Positions 48,602 through 58,028 of a stretch of 64,000 nt of DNA are shown here, piece by piece. The position numbers and the translations under genes are program-made. The notes under the pieces are model-generated. The model ran no database searches. It was not told the DNA's origin and saw only the letters and a list, made by a program, of their open reading frames with translations. The number at the start of each line of letters is the position of its first letter. Position 1 is the stretch's first letter. Origin of the DNA: Mycobacteriaceae bacterium (GTDB lineage Bacteria; Actinomycetota; Actinomycetes; Mycobacteriales; Mycobacteriaceae); assembly GCA_029977845.1 (NCBI GenBank), contig JAPOKC010000002.1:996-64995 (forward strand). The letters are read 5' to 3'.

Positions 48602-49413
48602 CAGCGCACCGTCATCCGGATGCCGATGGCGGTGACGACGACGTTGACCACGAACAGTGCCATGAACGCGTACACGACGGTCTCGTTGACGGCGTTACCG
48701 ACGGCTTTGGCACCGCCACCCTGGATCATCAGTCCGCGATAGCAGGCGACCAGGCCGGCGATGAGGCCGAACAGGGCGGCCTTGACGCAGGAGATGATGA
48801 CCTCGGGCACCCCGGTCAGAAGCGTGATGCCGGCGGCGAAGGCTCCGGGGTTGACGTCCTGGACGAAGACCGAGAACACGTAACCGCCCAGGATGCCGAT
48901 GATGACCACCAGCGAGTTGAGCAGCAGTGCCACCAGACCGGAGGCCAGCATCCGGGGAGTCACCAGACGTTGCACCGGATTGATTCCGAGTACCTCCAGT
49001 GCGGCGATCTCGTCCCGGATCGTCCGCGATCCGAGGTCGGCGCACATCGCCGTCGCACCCGCCCCGGCCACGATGAGCACGGTGACCAACGGGCCGACCT
49101 GAGTCACCGCACCGAACGCCGCGCCGGCGCCGGAGAGATCCGCCGCGCCGAGTTCACGCAGAAGGATGTTCAGGGTGAACGACACCAGCACGGTGAACGG
49201 GATCGCGACCAGCAGTGTCGGGGCCAGCGACACCCGCGCGACGAACCAGGCCTGATCCAGGAATTCCCGCCAGTAGAACGGGCGCTTGAACAGGAATCGG
49301 ACCGCGTCGGCCGACATCGAGAACAGCCCGCCGACTGCCTCCATCGGACCGGTCCCGCCGGAGGACAGGGCGATACCCGGCGACCAGCGATCGGCCCCCT
49401 TGCTAAATGCCAC
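48601..49413 (-). CDS. yrbEA: Mce ABC permease YrbEA (MlaE family)
   Basis: CADLGSRTIRDEIAALEVLG, GGAKAVGNAVNETVV; start uncertain. Confidence 0.92.
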   Translation of the reverse strand: MAFSKGADRWSPGIALSSGGTGPMEAVGGLFSMSADAVRFLFKRPFYWREFLDQAWFVARVSLAPTLLVAIPFTVLVSFTLNILLRELGAADLSGAGAAFGAVTQVGPLVTVLIVAGAGATAMCADLGSRTIRDEIAALEVLGINPVQRLVTPRMLASGLVALLLNSLVVIIGILGGYVFSVFVQDVNPGAFAAGITLLTGVPEVIISCVKAALFGLIAGLVACYRGLMIQGGGAKAVGNAVNETVVYAFMALFVVNVVVTAIGIRMTVR

Positions 49414-49515
49414 GATTCACCGGTCCTCTCCTGTGCGCGCAGACCTGCTCTTCATAGCCGATCGCGCGGCCTCGGTAGGCCCGAATGAAGACTTCTGTCA
49501 CATCGATCCCGCGGC

Positions 49516-50721
49516 TCATGTCACCGCGCCGGCGGTCTTGAACTCGATGATCCGGTCCCAGTCGAAGCCGAGTTCGGTGAGGATCTCGTCGGTCTGTTCG
49601 GCGAACCCGGGTGCCGGTCCGGTCGCCGGTGCGGCCACGTCGAACTGCACCGGGTTGGCGACCAGTTCCAGTTCCCCGGCCTGCACCAGGTATTCGTTTG
49701 CCCGCACCTGGGCATCCGCGGCGGCCTGCAGGGTGTCCTGTACCGGCGCCCAGGGGCCGGCCAGGGTGGCGAACCGTTGGCTCCACTCCGGCAGGGTCTT
49801 GGTGGCCATCACCCGGGAGAGGATCTCGACCGCCTCGGCGGTGTTCGCCGCGATCTGCTCGGCGGTGGCGAAACGCGGGTCCTCGGCCAGTTCCGGGATG
49901 TCCATGTGGCGGCAGACGTCGGCCCAGAACTTGGTGGGCTGCATCATCACGAATGAGATGTAGCGCTGATCGGCGGTCGCGTAGACGCCGACGAGTGGGT
50001 TGATCGGGGAACCGTGCACACCCGGCGGCGGGGCCACCAGACGCTCGCCGAGCCGCTGGGTCAGCGCGATGGTGTGACCCATCGCCCACAGACCGCTGCC
50101 CAGCAGTGACACGTCGACCACCGACGGCTCTCCGGTCCGTTCCCTCTTGAACAGCGCCGCCGCGATACCGCCGGCCAGGTTGGTGCCGGAGATGGTGTCG
50201 CCGTAGGCGGGTCCGGGCGGACCGATCATGCCCTCGATGCCGGGCGGGGTGATGGTGGCCGCGGTGCCGGCCCGGCACCAGAAGGCGGTCATGTCGTAAC
50301 CGCCCTTCTCCGATTCCTCGCCGCGCGGACCGAAGGCGCTGCCGCGCGCGTAGATGATCTTCGGGTTGATACCGCGGATGTCCTCGACGTCGATACCGAA
50401 CTTCCGGCGGTGTCCCGGCAGGAAGCTGGTGAGGAACACATCGGCTCGCTTGACGAGTTCGTGCAGAACTTCCCTGCCCTCGGGTACCGACATGTCCAGG
50501 CCGATACTGCGCTTGCCGCGGTTGGCGTGTTCGATGTTCGGATTGGGATCGCCCTCGACCCGCAGCGAACCGGTCTGCCGCAGGCCGCGCTGCGGGTCAC
50601 CGGTCACCGCATGCTCGACCTTGATGACCTCGGCTCCCCACTCGCCGAGCACCGCGCCGCAGGACGGGACGAACCCGTACATCGCGACCTCCAGGACACG
50701 AACGCCCGCAAGTGGTTTCAT
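49516..50721 (-). CDS. Type III (CaiB/BaiF) CoA transferase, single domain
   Basis: PLAGVRVLE, GAEVIKVE, NRGKRSI, catalytic-position Asp in AYGDTISG. Confidence 0.92.
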   Translation of the reverse strand: MKPLAGVRVLEVAMYGFVPSCGAVLGEWGAEVIKVEHAVTGDPQRGLRQTGSLRVEGDPNPNIEHANRGKRSIGLDMSVPEGREVLHELVKRADVFLTSFLPGHRRKFGIDVEDIRGINPKIIYARGSAFGPRGEESEKGGYDMTAFWCRAGTAATITPPGIEGMIGPPGPAYGDTISGTNLAGGIAAALFKRERTGEPSVVDVSLLGSGLWAMGHTIALTQRLGERLVAPPPGVHGSPINPLVGVYATADQRYISFVMMQPTKFWADVCRHMDIPELAEDPRFATAEQIAANTAEAVEILSRVMATKTLPEWSQRFATLAGPWAPVQDTLQAAADAQVRANEYLVQAGELELVANPVQFDVAAPATGPAPGFAEQTDEILTELGFDWDRIIEFKTAGAVT

Positions 50722-52169
50722 CCGACCACCGCCGCGAGCGTCTTGCGCTCCATGAACTCCTCGAGGCCGGCCACGCCCATCTCCCGCCCCACGCCCGATT
50801 GCTTGTATCCGCCGAACGGGCTGTCCGGTGCGAAGTAGTTGCCGCCGTTGATGCTCAGCGTGCCGGTGCGGATCCGGCGGGCGATCGCCAGAGCACGGTC
50901 CTGGCTGCCGAACACCCCGCCCGACAACCCGTAGACGGAATTGTTGGCGATCCGAACCGCGTCGTCGTCGTCGGAATAGGAGATGACCGCCAGCACCGGA
51001 CCGAAGATCTCCTCCTGGGCGATCTCACTGTCCGGGTCGACGTCGGTCACCAGCGTCGGCAAGTAGAAGAAACCCGGCCCGTCGACCTTCTTACCGCCGG
51101 CGACGACCTTCGCGCCGGCGGCGACGGCGCGCTTGACCATCCCGTCGACCTTGTCGCGCTGGGTCTCGCTGATCAACGGGCCCATGTACGTCGCCGGATC
51201 GGCCGGATCGCCGTACTTGATCATGCCCAGGTAGTTCTTGACCATCTCGACGATCTCGTCGTGGTGCTCGCGCGGCACCAGAAGTCGCGTGGTGATCGCA
51301 CATCCCTGCCCGGCGTGCGAGCAGATCATGAAGGCCGCCATCATCGCGCAGGTGTTGAAATCGGCATCATCGAGGACCACCATGGCCGACTTTCCGCCGA
51401 GTTCCAGGAACACCTTCTTGATCGTCTCGCTGGCCGCGGCCATGATCTTGCGGCCGGTGGCCGTCGATCCGGTGAACGTCACGACGTCGACATCGGGGCT
51501 GGTGGTCAGCGCCGCTCCCACCGCGGGATCGGTCGAACTGATCACGTTGACCACCCCGGCCGGGATATCGGTGTACTTGCTGATGACCTCGCCGAGCGCC
51601 AGCGTCGTCAGGGGTGTGTCCGGCGAGGCCTTGAGCACCACTGTGCAGCCGGCCGCCAGTGCCGGTCCGAGCTTGGCCAGGGCCAGCTGGTTGGGGTAGT
51701 TGTAGGCGGTGATCGCCGCGACCACGCCGGCGGCTTCCTTCTCCACCCACCGGTGGTGACGCTGACCGCGGGTCTCGATCTCGCCGAGATCCTCGGTCAG
51801 CGGATATGTCTTGAGCAGATCCGCGTAGTAACCGACGATCTTGATCGGCTCGTCCAATTGCGGGCCTTCGGTCAGTGCCCGGGTCGCCCCCACCTCGGCG
51901 ATGGTCAGTGCGCGCAGTTCATCACTGTGTTCGACCAGGGCGCGATGCAACTGCTCCATGCACTGGATGCGCTTGTCGACGTTGGTCGGCCAATCCGTGT
52001 CGTCGAATGCCCGGCGGGCGGCGGCGATCGCCTGCTCGGCGTCGGCTACCCCCGCGTCGGGCGCGTAGCCCACCACCTCGCCGTTCGCCGGATTCACCGA
52101 GGGGTACGTCTTGTCGGCACCGACCAGACGACCGTCGATCAGCATCTGCCGGTCAGCAGGGTGGCCCAT
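50718..52169 (-). CDS. Aldehyde dehydrogenase
   Basis: FTGSTATG, LELGGKS, AGQGC, EEIFGPV, PFGGYKQSG. Confidence 0.95.
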   Translation of the reverse strand: MGHPADRQMLIDGRLVGADKTYPSVNPANGEVVGYAPDAGVADAEQAIAAARRAFDDTDWPTNVDKRIQCMEQLHRALVEHSDELRALTIAEVGATRALTEGPQLDEPIKIVGYYADLLKTYPLTEDLGEIETRGQRHHRWVEKEAAGVVAAITAYNYPNQLALAKLGPALAAGCTVVLKASPDTPLTTLALGEVISKYTDIPAGVVNVISSTDPAVGAALTTSPDVDVVTFTGSTATGRKIMAAASETIKKVFLELGGKSAMVVLDDADFNTCAMMAAFMICSHAGQGCAITTRLLVPREHHDEIVEMVKNYLGMIKYGDPADPATYMGPLISETQRDKVDGMVKRAVAAGAKVVAGGKKVDGPGFFYLPTLVTDVDPDSEIAQEEIFGPVLAVISYSDDDDAVRIANNSVYGLSGGVFGSQDRALAIARRIRTGTLSINGGNYFAPDSPFGGYKQSGVGREMGVAGLEEFMERKTLAAVVG

Positions 52170-52183
52170 CGGGTGTCTCCTCG

Positions 52184-52242
52184 GATAATCACGTTCTCTT
52201 CTGCAGCGAATCTTACGATCGCCACCGGAGAATACAGGTTCG
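52184..52242. promoter_or_regulatory. Three operator copies at 22 bp pitch upstream of the aldh-CoA transferase-mce operon
   Basis: GATAATCACGTTCTC (52184), GCGAATCTTACGATC (52206), GAGAATACAGGTTCG (52228). Confidence 0.6.
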
Positions 52243-52350
52243 CTAAAAGGTACCCCGCGTGCCGGGCGCGAACACAGGGTTTCGAGCTAAAAACCTGCTT
52301 TCCGCAGTTAGAGAGTCCGAGTCTGCGGGTATTGCGGAATGCATTCAGGC

Positions 52351-52386
52351 GAGAGTAGCGTTCTCACATCGGAAAGGGAGATTCTT
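52351..52386. promoter_or_regulatory. Two operator copies at 21 bp pitch upstream of the SDR-SDR-fdx-P450 operon
   Basis: GAGAGTAGCGTTCTC (52351), GAAAGGGAGATTCTT (52372). Confidence 0.6.
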
Positions 52387-52419
52387 GCAAACTGGGATCG
52401 ACAGCAGCGGGTGCTGCCA

Positions 52420-53121
52420 ATGAGGACCGCTGTGGTCACCGGTGGAGGTTCGGGTATCGGAGCCGCCGTGGTCACCAGACTCCGCCAGGACGGTCACCGG
52501 GTGGCCATTCTCGACCTGAACCCCGTCGAGGACGAGATGTCCTACGTCGCCGATGTGACCGACCGCTCCCAGATCGACGCGGCCCTGGACGAGATCCGGG
52601 CCGCCCACGGCCCGGTGACGATCCTGGTCAATGCCGCCGGCCGTGACCACTTCAAGCGGTTCACAGATATCTCCTTCGCCGATTGGCAGAAGATCATCGA
52701 CATCAACCTGCACGGGGTCTTCCACACCATTCAGGCGGCGCTGCCCGACATGATCGAGGCCGGGTGGGGCCGTATCGTCAACATCTCGTCCTCGAGCACC
52801 CACTCCGGTGTGCCGTACATGTCGGCCTATGTCGCGGCCAAGTCCGGAGTCAACGGACTGACCAAATGTCTTGCGCTGGAATACGGTCGGGCAGGCATCA
52901 CGGTCAACGCAGTGCCGCCCGGTTTCATCGACACACCGATGCTGCGCAAGGCAGAATCGCGTGGCAACCTCGGTTCCATCGACGATTCGATCAAACAGAC
53001 GCCGGTCGGCCGGATGGGTAAACCCGAGGACATCGCCGCCGCCGTCGCGTTCTTCGCCTCCGAGGAAGCCGGCTACATCACCGGCCAGATACTCGGTGTC
53101 AACGGCGGACGGAACACCTGA
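52420..53121 (+). CDS. SDR family oxidoreductase (2-hydroxycyclohexanecarboxyl-CoA dehydrogenase/FabG-like)
   Basis: TGGGSGIG, NAAG, YVAAK; start re-chosen at ATG 52420. Confidence 0.9.
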   Translation: MRTAVVTGGGSGIGAAVVTRLRQDGHRVAILDLNPVEDEMSYVADVTDRSQIDAALDEIRAAHGPVTILVNAAGRDHFKRFTDISFADWQKIIDINLHGVFHTIQAALPDMIEAGWGRIVNISSSSTHSGVPYMSAYVAAKSGVNGLTKCLALEYGRAGITVNAVPPGFIDTPMLRKAESRGNLGSIDDSIKQTPVGRMGKPEDIAAAVAFFASEEAGYITGQILGVNGGRNT

Positions 53122-53147
53122 GCGCAACACCGACAGAAGGGACGATC

Positions 53148-54008
53148 GTGGGACGGGTTCAAGGCAAGGTCGCGTTTGTCACCGGTGCCGCGCGCGGTCA
53201 GGGCCGCAGTCACGCACTGCGCCTCGCCGAAGAGGGCGCCGACATCATCGCGGTCGACATCTGCAAGGACTTCCCGACCATCGGCTATCCGATGGCCACT
53301 CCCGAGGATCTCGAGGAGACGGCTGATCTGGTCAAGAAGACCGGGCGCGGCATCGTCACCGAGATCGCCGATGTCCGCGACGCCGCTCAGATGAAGGCGG
53401 CCGTCGCCGGCGGAATCGCCGAGTTCGGAAAGCTCGACATCGTGGTCGCACAGGCCGGCATCGCCGGTATGAAGGGCCAGCCGCCACTGCAGGCGTGGTG
53501 CGATGTGATCGACACCAACCTGATCGGCACGATCAACGCCATCCAGGCCGCGCTGCCGCACCTGACCGAGGGCGCCTCCATCATCGCCACCGGATCCACC
53601 GCTGCGCTGATGGACGCGCATCAGAAGGACAACCCGGGCGCCGACTCCGGCGGGATGTCCTACATGGTTGCCAAGCGCCTGCTGTCCCAGTACGTCCACG
53701 ATCTGGCCACCGAGTTGGCGGTCCGCGGGATCAGGGCCAATGTCGTGCATCCGACCAACTGCAACACCGACATGTTGCAGAGCGAGCCGATGTACCGCTC
53801 GTTCCGTCCGGATCTCGAGCACCCCACCCGCGCGGACGCCGAACCGGTTTTCGGCATTCAGCAGGCGATGAGGATCAACTACATCGAACCGATCGACATC
53901 AGCAACGCCGTGCTATGGCTCGCCTCCGAAGAGGCCCGCTACGTCACCGGCATGCAACTGCGCGTCGACGGCGGCGGCTATCTCAAGTGGTACGACTATC
54001 ACGTCTGA
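53148..54008 (+). CDS. Mycofactocin-coupled-type SDR oxidoreductase
   Basis: TGAARGQGRSHA and AVDIC insertion characteristic of MFT-linked SDRs; YMVAK; HPTNCNTDM. Confidence 0.87.
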   Translation: MGRVQGKVAFVTGAARGQGRSHALRLAEEGADIIAVDICKDFPTIGYPMATPEDLEETADLVKKTGRGIVTEIADVRDAAQMKAAVAGGIAEFGKLDIVVAQAGIAGMKGQPPLQAWCDVIDTNLIGTINAIQAALPHLTEGASIIATGSTAALMDAHQKDNPGADSGGMSYMVAKRLLSQYVHDLATELAVRGIRANVVHPTNCNTDMLQSEPMYRSFRPDLEHPTRADAEPVFGIQQAMRINYIEPIDISNAVLWLASEEARYVTGMQLRVDGGGYLKWYDYHV

Positions 54009-54044
54009 GTGTGACCAGACGATCGATGATCTGAAAGGAATACC

Positions 54045-54242
54045 GTGAAGGTTCGCGTCGACTCCGACCGCTGCCAGGGTCATACCCTGTGCGCGATGAT
54101 CGCGCCGGACATGTTCCAGCTCAGCGAGATTGACGGAAGTTCCTCGGCAGTGACAGAGGTGGTCCCGGCGGATCAGGAGAACCTGGTTCGTGAGGCCGCT
54201 CAGTCCTGTCCGGAGCAGGCGATCATCATCGAAGAGGACTGA
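54045..54242 (+). CDS. [3Fe-4S]-type ferredoxin (CxxHxxC...CP)
   Basis: CQGHTLC...SCPEQAI, directly upstream of a P450. Confidence 0.92.
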   Translation: MKVRVDSDRCQGHTLCAMIAPDMFQLSEIDGSSSAVTEVVPADQENLVREAAQSCPEQAIIIEED

Positions 54243-54250
54243 GGGCAACC

Positions 54251-55609
54251 ATGACCACAGAGGCCGCCACCGACGACGCCCGTCATCAGCCCCGGTTCCA
54301 GTTCGACCGGCACACAGCGGAATACCGCGAGCAGTTCGCCGATATCACCGCCGAGATGCAATCGAAGTGTCCGATCGCATGGTCGGACACCTACGGTGGG
54401 CACTGGGTCGCGGCCAGCAGCAGTGCGGTGTTCGAACTCGCGCGCTGCCCGGCGATCTCCAATGATCACGACATCAACGGCGAGCGGCGCGGGTACAAAG
54501 GTATTTCGATTCCCACGGCCCGCCGGGTCGTCACCCGCGGCGGCATGCTGGAGATGGACGATCCGGAGCATCGTCTCTACCGAAACGTGTTCAACCCCTA
54601 CTTGTCCCCGGCCGCGGTCGATCGCTGGATTCCGTTCGTCAACGAGATCGTGCGCGGCTGCCTCGACGAGAAGATCGCCGGCGGCAAGATCGACTTCGTC
54701 GACGACCTCGCCAATGTGGTGCCGGCCGTGCTCACCATGGCCCTTCTGGGCCTGCCGCTGAAGAACTGGTCGATGTACAGCGAGCCGACGCATGCCGCGA
54801 TCTACACCCCGGAGCACTCCCCGGACGCTGAGCGGGTAGCGCAGCAGCACCGCGAGATGGGTCTCGACCTCGTCAAGCAGCTCCATGAGATTCGTGCGAA
54901 TCCGAGGCCCGGCCTCATCAACGCCTTGATCAACATGCGGATCGAGGGCGAGCCGCCGCCCGATATGGAGATCCTGGGCATGCTGGGCCTGGTGATCGGT
55001 GGTGGTTTCGACACCACCACCGCGCTCACCGCCCACGCCCTGGAGTGGCTGTCCCAGCATCCGGAGGAGCGCGCGCGGCTCAGCCGGGAACGTGAGACGC
55101 TGCTCGATCCGGCGACCGAGGAGTTCCTGCGCTTCTACACCCCCGCCCCCGGCGATGGCAGGACGTTCTCCGAGGACGTCGAACTCGAGGGTCACGAGTT
55201 CAAAGAGGGCGAGCGGGTGTGGATCTCATGGGCGATGGCTAATCGCGATCCGTCGGTGTTCCACGACCCCAATGAGGTGATCCTGGACCGTAAGGGCAAC
55301 CGGCACTTCAGTTTCGGTATCGGTGTGCACCGCTGCATCGGCTCCAACGTGGCCCGTACGGTCTTCAAGGCCATGCTCACCGCGGTGCTCGACCGGATGC
55401 CGGACTACAAGTGCGATCCCGAGGGCACCGTGCACTACGACTCGATCGGCGTCATCCAGGGGATGCGCAACCTTCCGGCCACTTTCACTCCCGGTAAGCC
55501 GCTGGGCCCGGGTCTGGACGCGACGCTGGACAAGCTTCAGCGCATCTGCGACGAGCAGGAGCTCGCCAGGCCGATCACCGAGCGCAAGGACGCCGCGGTC
55601 ATCGACTGA
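54251..55609 (+). CDS. Cytochrome P450 (CYP188-like, tentative)
   Basis: GGFDTTT, EEFLR, heme motif FGIGVHRCIG. Confidence 0.92.
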   Translation: MTTEAATDDARHQPRFQFDRHTAEYREQFADITAEMQSKCPIAWSDTYGGHWVAASSSAVFELARCPAISNDHDINGERRGYKGISIPTARRVVTRGGMLEMDDPEHRLYRNVFNPYLSPAAVDRWIPFVNEIVRGCLDEKIAGGKIDFVDDLANVVPAVLTMALLGLPLKNWSMYSEPTHAAIYTPEHSPDAERVAQQHREMGLDLVKQLHEIRANPRPGLINALINMRIEGEPPPDMEILGMLGLVIGGGFDTTTALTAHALEWLSQHPEERARLSRERETLLDPATEEFLRFYTPAPGDGRTFSEDVELEGHEFKEGERVWISWAMANRDPSVFHDPNEVILDRKGNRHFSFGIGVHRCIGSNVARTVFKAMLTAVLDRMPDYKCDPEGTVHYDSIGVIQGMRNLPATFTPGKPLGPGLDATLDKLQRICDEQELARPITERKDAAVID

Positions 55610-55644
55610 AGCACCCCGCTTCCGCCCGGCCCTCCCTTCGGCAG

Positions 55645-55705
55645 CCGCCCGTGAAGCCATTTTCACTCTCGACGCCCAGCGTGAAGATAGCTTCACGTGG
55701 GGCGG
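55645..55705. terminator. Long hairpin / REP-like repeat between convergent genes; probable bidirectional terminator
   Basis: CCGCCCGTGAAGCCATTTTCAC...GTGAAGATAGCTTCACGTGGGGCGG; each arm is itself a near-palindrome. Confidence 0.6.
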
Positions 55706-55721
55706 TAAAGGCCGGTGGAGA

Positions 55722-56900
55722 TTACTTCCCGCGCGGCAGTCCCAGCACCTGCTGGGCGATGATGTTGCGCTGGATCTCCGAGGTGCCGCCGGCGATGGTG
55801 CCGCCGAAGCTGCGGGCGTAACGCTCGAACCAGCTCGCGAAGTAGTGGTCGAGGTTCATGTGCTCGTAGGGTCCGCTGTTGGCCGGATGAGCCAAACCGT
55901 CGGGACCTGATGCGGCCAGTGCGTATTCCAGGCCCCGCTGCTCGGCCTCGGCGCCGAAGAGCTTGACCACGGACACCCCCGCGACGTCGGTCTCCCCGCG
56001 GGCGGCCTTGGCCAGGCCGGAGGAGCCCATCAGCCGCAGCGCTTGATAGTCCATGATCATCGACGCGTACTGATCGCGCTGGAGTGCGGTCCTGGGTTTG
56101 AAATCGCCGATCGTGTTCGCGATCCGGTCGGCGAACCCCAGCCACATCATGGTGCGCTCATGACCCAGCGCTCCGTTGGCGACGCCCCATCCGCCGTTGA
56201 GCGGTCCGACGAGGTTCTCAGCCGGAACCCGAACATCGGTGAAGAAGACCTCGTTGAAATCCAGATCGTCCATCCCGCAGATCGACGGGAACGGCCGGCG
56301 CACAACCCCTGGAAGATCGGCCGGGATCACCAGCACGCTGATGCCCTTGTGTTTGGGGGCATCCGGGTCGGTGCGCACGAACGTCAGCAGGAAATCGGCG
56401 TCATGCGCTCCGGACGTCCACACCTTCTGGCCGTTGACCACGAAGTGCTCCCCGTCCAGGACGGCCCGGGTGCGCAGGGACGCCAGGTCCGAACCCGCGC
56501 TGGGCTCACTCATGCCCAGCGACGCGGTCTTCTCCCCCTTGAGCACCGGCACCGCCCAGCGATGCTTCTGCTCATCGGATCCGAACGAGATCAGCGATGC
56601 GGCAATGATGTTCACGCCCTGCGGATTGAAGCTGTGATAGATCCGGCGGTTGCACAGTTCCTCGAGATGGACGAACTGCTGGAGGATCGTGGCGTTGCGC
56701 CCGCCGAACTCCGGCGGCTGGCCCGGCAGCAGCCAGCCGTTGTCGAACAGCAGACGCTGCCAGCGCCTCGCCCAGGCCGGCATATGCGAAACCGACCGCG
56801 GCCGCTCCAGGGTCTCGGCCTCGCTGGGCAGGTTCGCCTCGAGGAACGCGATGAACTCCGCGCGGAACTCCTCGACCTCGGGATCGAATGTCAGCTGCAT
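55722..56900 (-). CDS. Acyl-CoA dehydrogenase, catalytic-type subunit of a heteromeric pair
   Basis: GMSEPSAGSDLASL, NGQKVWTS, FNEVFF, LGHER, TIAGGTSEIQRNIIA. Confidence 0.92.
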   Translation of the reverse strand: MQLTFDPEVEEFRAEFIAFLEANLPSEAETLERPRSVSHMPAWARRWQRLLFDNGWLLPGQPPEFGGRNATILQQFVHLEELCNRRIYHSFNPQGVNIIAASLISFGSDEQKHRWAVPVLKGEKTASLGMSEPSAGSDLASLRTRAVLDGEHFVVNGQKVWTSGAHDADFLLTFVRTDPDAPKHKGISVLVIPADLPGVVRRPFPSICGMDDLDFNEVFFTDVRVPAENLVGPLNGGWGVANGALGHERTMMWLGFADRIANTIGDFKPRTALQRDQYASMIMDYQALRLMGSSGLAKAARGETDVAGVSVVKLFGAEAEQRGLEYALAASGPDGLAHPANSGPYEHMNLDHYFASWFERYARSFGGTIAGGTSEIQRNIIAQQVLGLPRGK

Positions 56901-56901
56901 C

Positions 56902-57894
56902 TCACAGTCCCCTGTATTCCCCGGCGATCAGTTCACGGTGCTCGGCAGCACCGCCGAGCATCAACTCGCCGGCCTTGGCCCGCTTGAGGGCGAACTGCAC
57001 ATCGTTCTCCCAGGTGAATCCCATACCCCCAAACAATTGCAGGCCGTGCCGGAACACCACGGACTGGCAATCACCGGCCGCTGCTTTGGCCATCGCCGCG
57101 GCCAGCCGACGTCGTGGATCATCGACGCTGATCGTCAGCGCCGCGAAATAGGCCAGGGCTCTTGCCCTTTCGATCGCAACGTGCATATCGACGGCCTTGT
57201 GCTGGACCGCCTGGAACGACCCGATCGGCACGCCGAACTGCTCGCGTTCGCGCACATGGGTCAATACAAGATCCAGTGCGCGCTGGCAGGCGCCGACCAT
57301 CGTGACGGCCAGACCCACAAGTGCGACGTGCCTGGCTCGTTCAGGGTCGGTCCCGACTCTGTCGGCGTCGGTGGCGCGCACACCGGGTAGCGACACATCG
57401 GCGACGTGAAGCAGCGGATCGAATACCGCAACGCGGCTGACCGTCGCCTCTGAGGCCGGGACGAGGAACACCCCGCCGTCGGTCACCACCGCCAGGATCT
57501 GTGCCCGGTCCCCGTCTAGGACATACCGTGCAGTACCCGCCAGCACCCAGCCGTCGCCGTCGCGGTGCGAGGTGATCCCCCCGTAGAGTGCCGCGCCGGA
57601 AGCCCCCGGGGTGTAGCGCTCACCGGCCAGCGGGGCGTACTGGGTGACGGTGGCCAGATACGGCGTGGGATCGGTGGCGCGGCCCATCTCCTCGAGCAGG
57701 ATGGCGAGTTCCACCGCGTTCTCCGGGTCGGCGAGTTCGGTCCAGCCCTGCTCGACATGGGAGTCCCACAGCGGGCCCGGATCAGTCCCCTTCTCGGCGA
57801 TCTCGCGGATCAGGGACACCGGGCATTGCTTGCTTAACGCGTCCCTCGCGGTCTGTTGCCAGAACCGCTGCTCGTCGTCGAACTCCAGTAGCAC
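56902..57894 (-). CDS. Short acyl-CoA dehydrogenase, partner subunit
   Basis: 330 aa, lacks the EPxxGSD motif, retains REQFGVPIGSFQAVQHK and GGMGFTWE. Confidence 0.88.
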   Translation of the reverse strand: MLLEFDDEQRFWQQTARDALSKQCPVSLIREIAEKGTDPGPLWDSHVEQGWTELADPENAVELAILLEEMGRATDPTPYLATVTQYAPLAGERYTPGASGAALYGGITSHRDGDGWVLAGTARYVLDGDRAQILAVVTDGGVFLVPASEATVSRVAVFDPLLHVADVSLPGVRATDADRVGTDPERARHVALVGLAVTMVGACQRALDLVLTHVREREQFGVPIGSFQAVQHKAVDMHVAIERARALAYFAALTISVDDPRRRLAAAMAKAAAGDCQSVVFRHGLQLFGGMGFTWENDVQFALKRAKAGELMLGGAAEHRELIAGEYRGL

Positions 57895-57929
57895 TTACGC
57901 CCCTTCTCATCCGGGTCCGCCACCAGCTG

Positions 57930-57965
57930 GGAAATGCCATTCTCAAAAGCGGTGTTCAGGTTCTC
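57930..57965. promoter_or_regulatory. Two operator copies at 21 bp pitch upstream of the ACAD pair
   Basis: GGAAATGCCATTCTC (57930), GGTGTTCAGGTTCTC (57951). Confidence 0.6.
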
Positions 57966-58028
57966 CGCTGCTAGTAGCGCACTCTACCGGCCTTTTCGGC
58001 CGCGGGACAGAGCGGGTTGCGGCAACGT

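Noticed and set aside
40044-49413. Calling this mce4 or a virulence/invasion locus (RGD in MceE)
   Set aside because: Mce clade cannot be assigned without alignment; the context differs from the cholesterol region, and RGD-like motifs are common in MceE proteins
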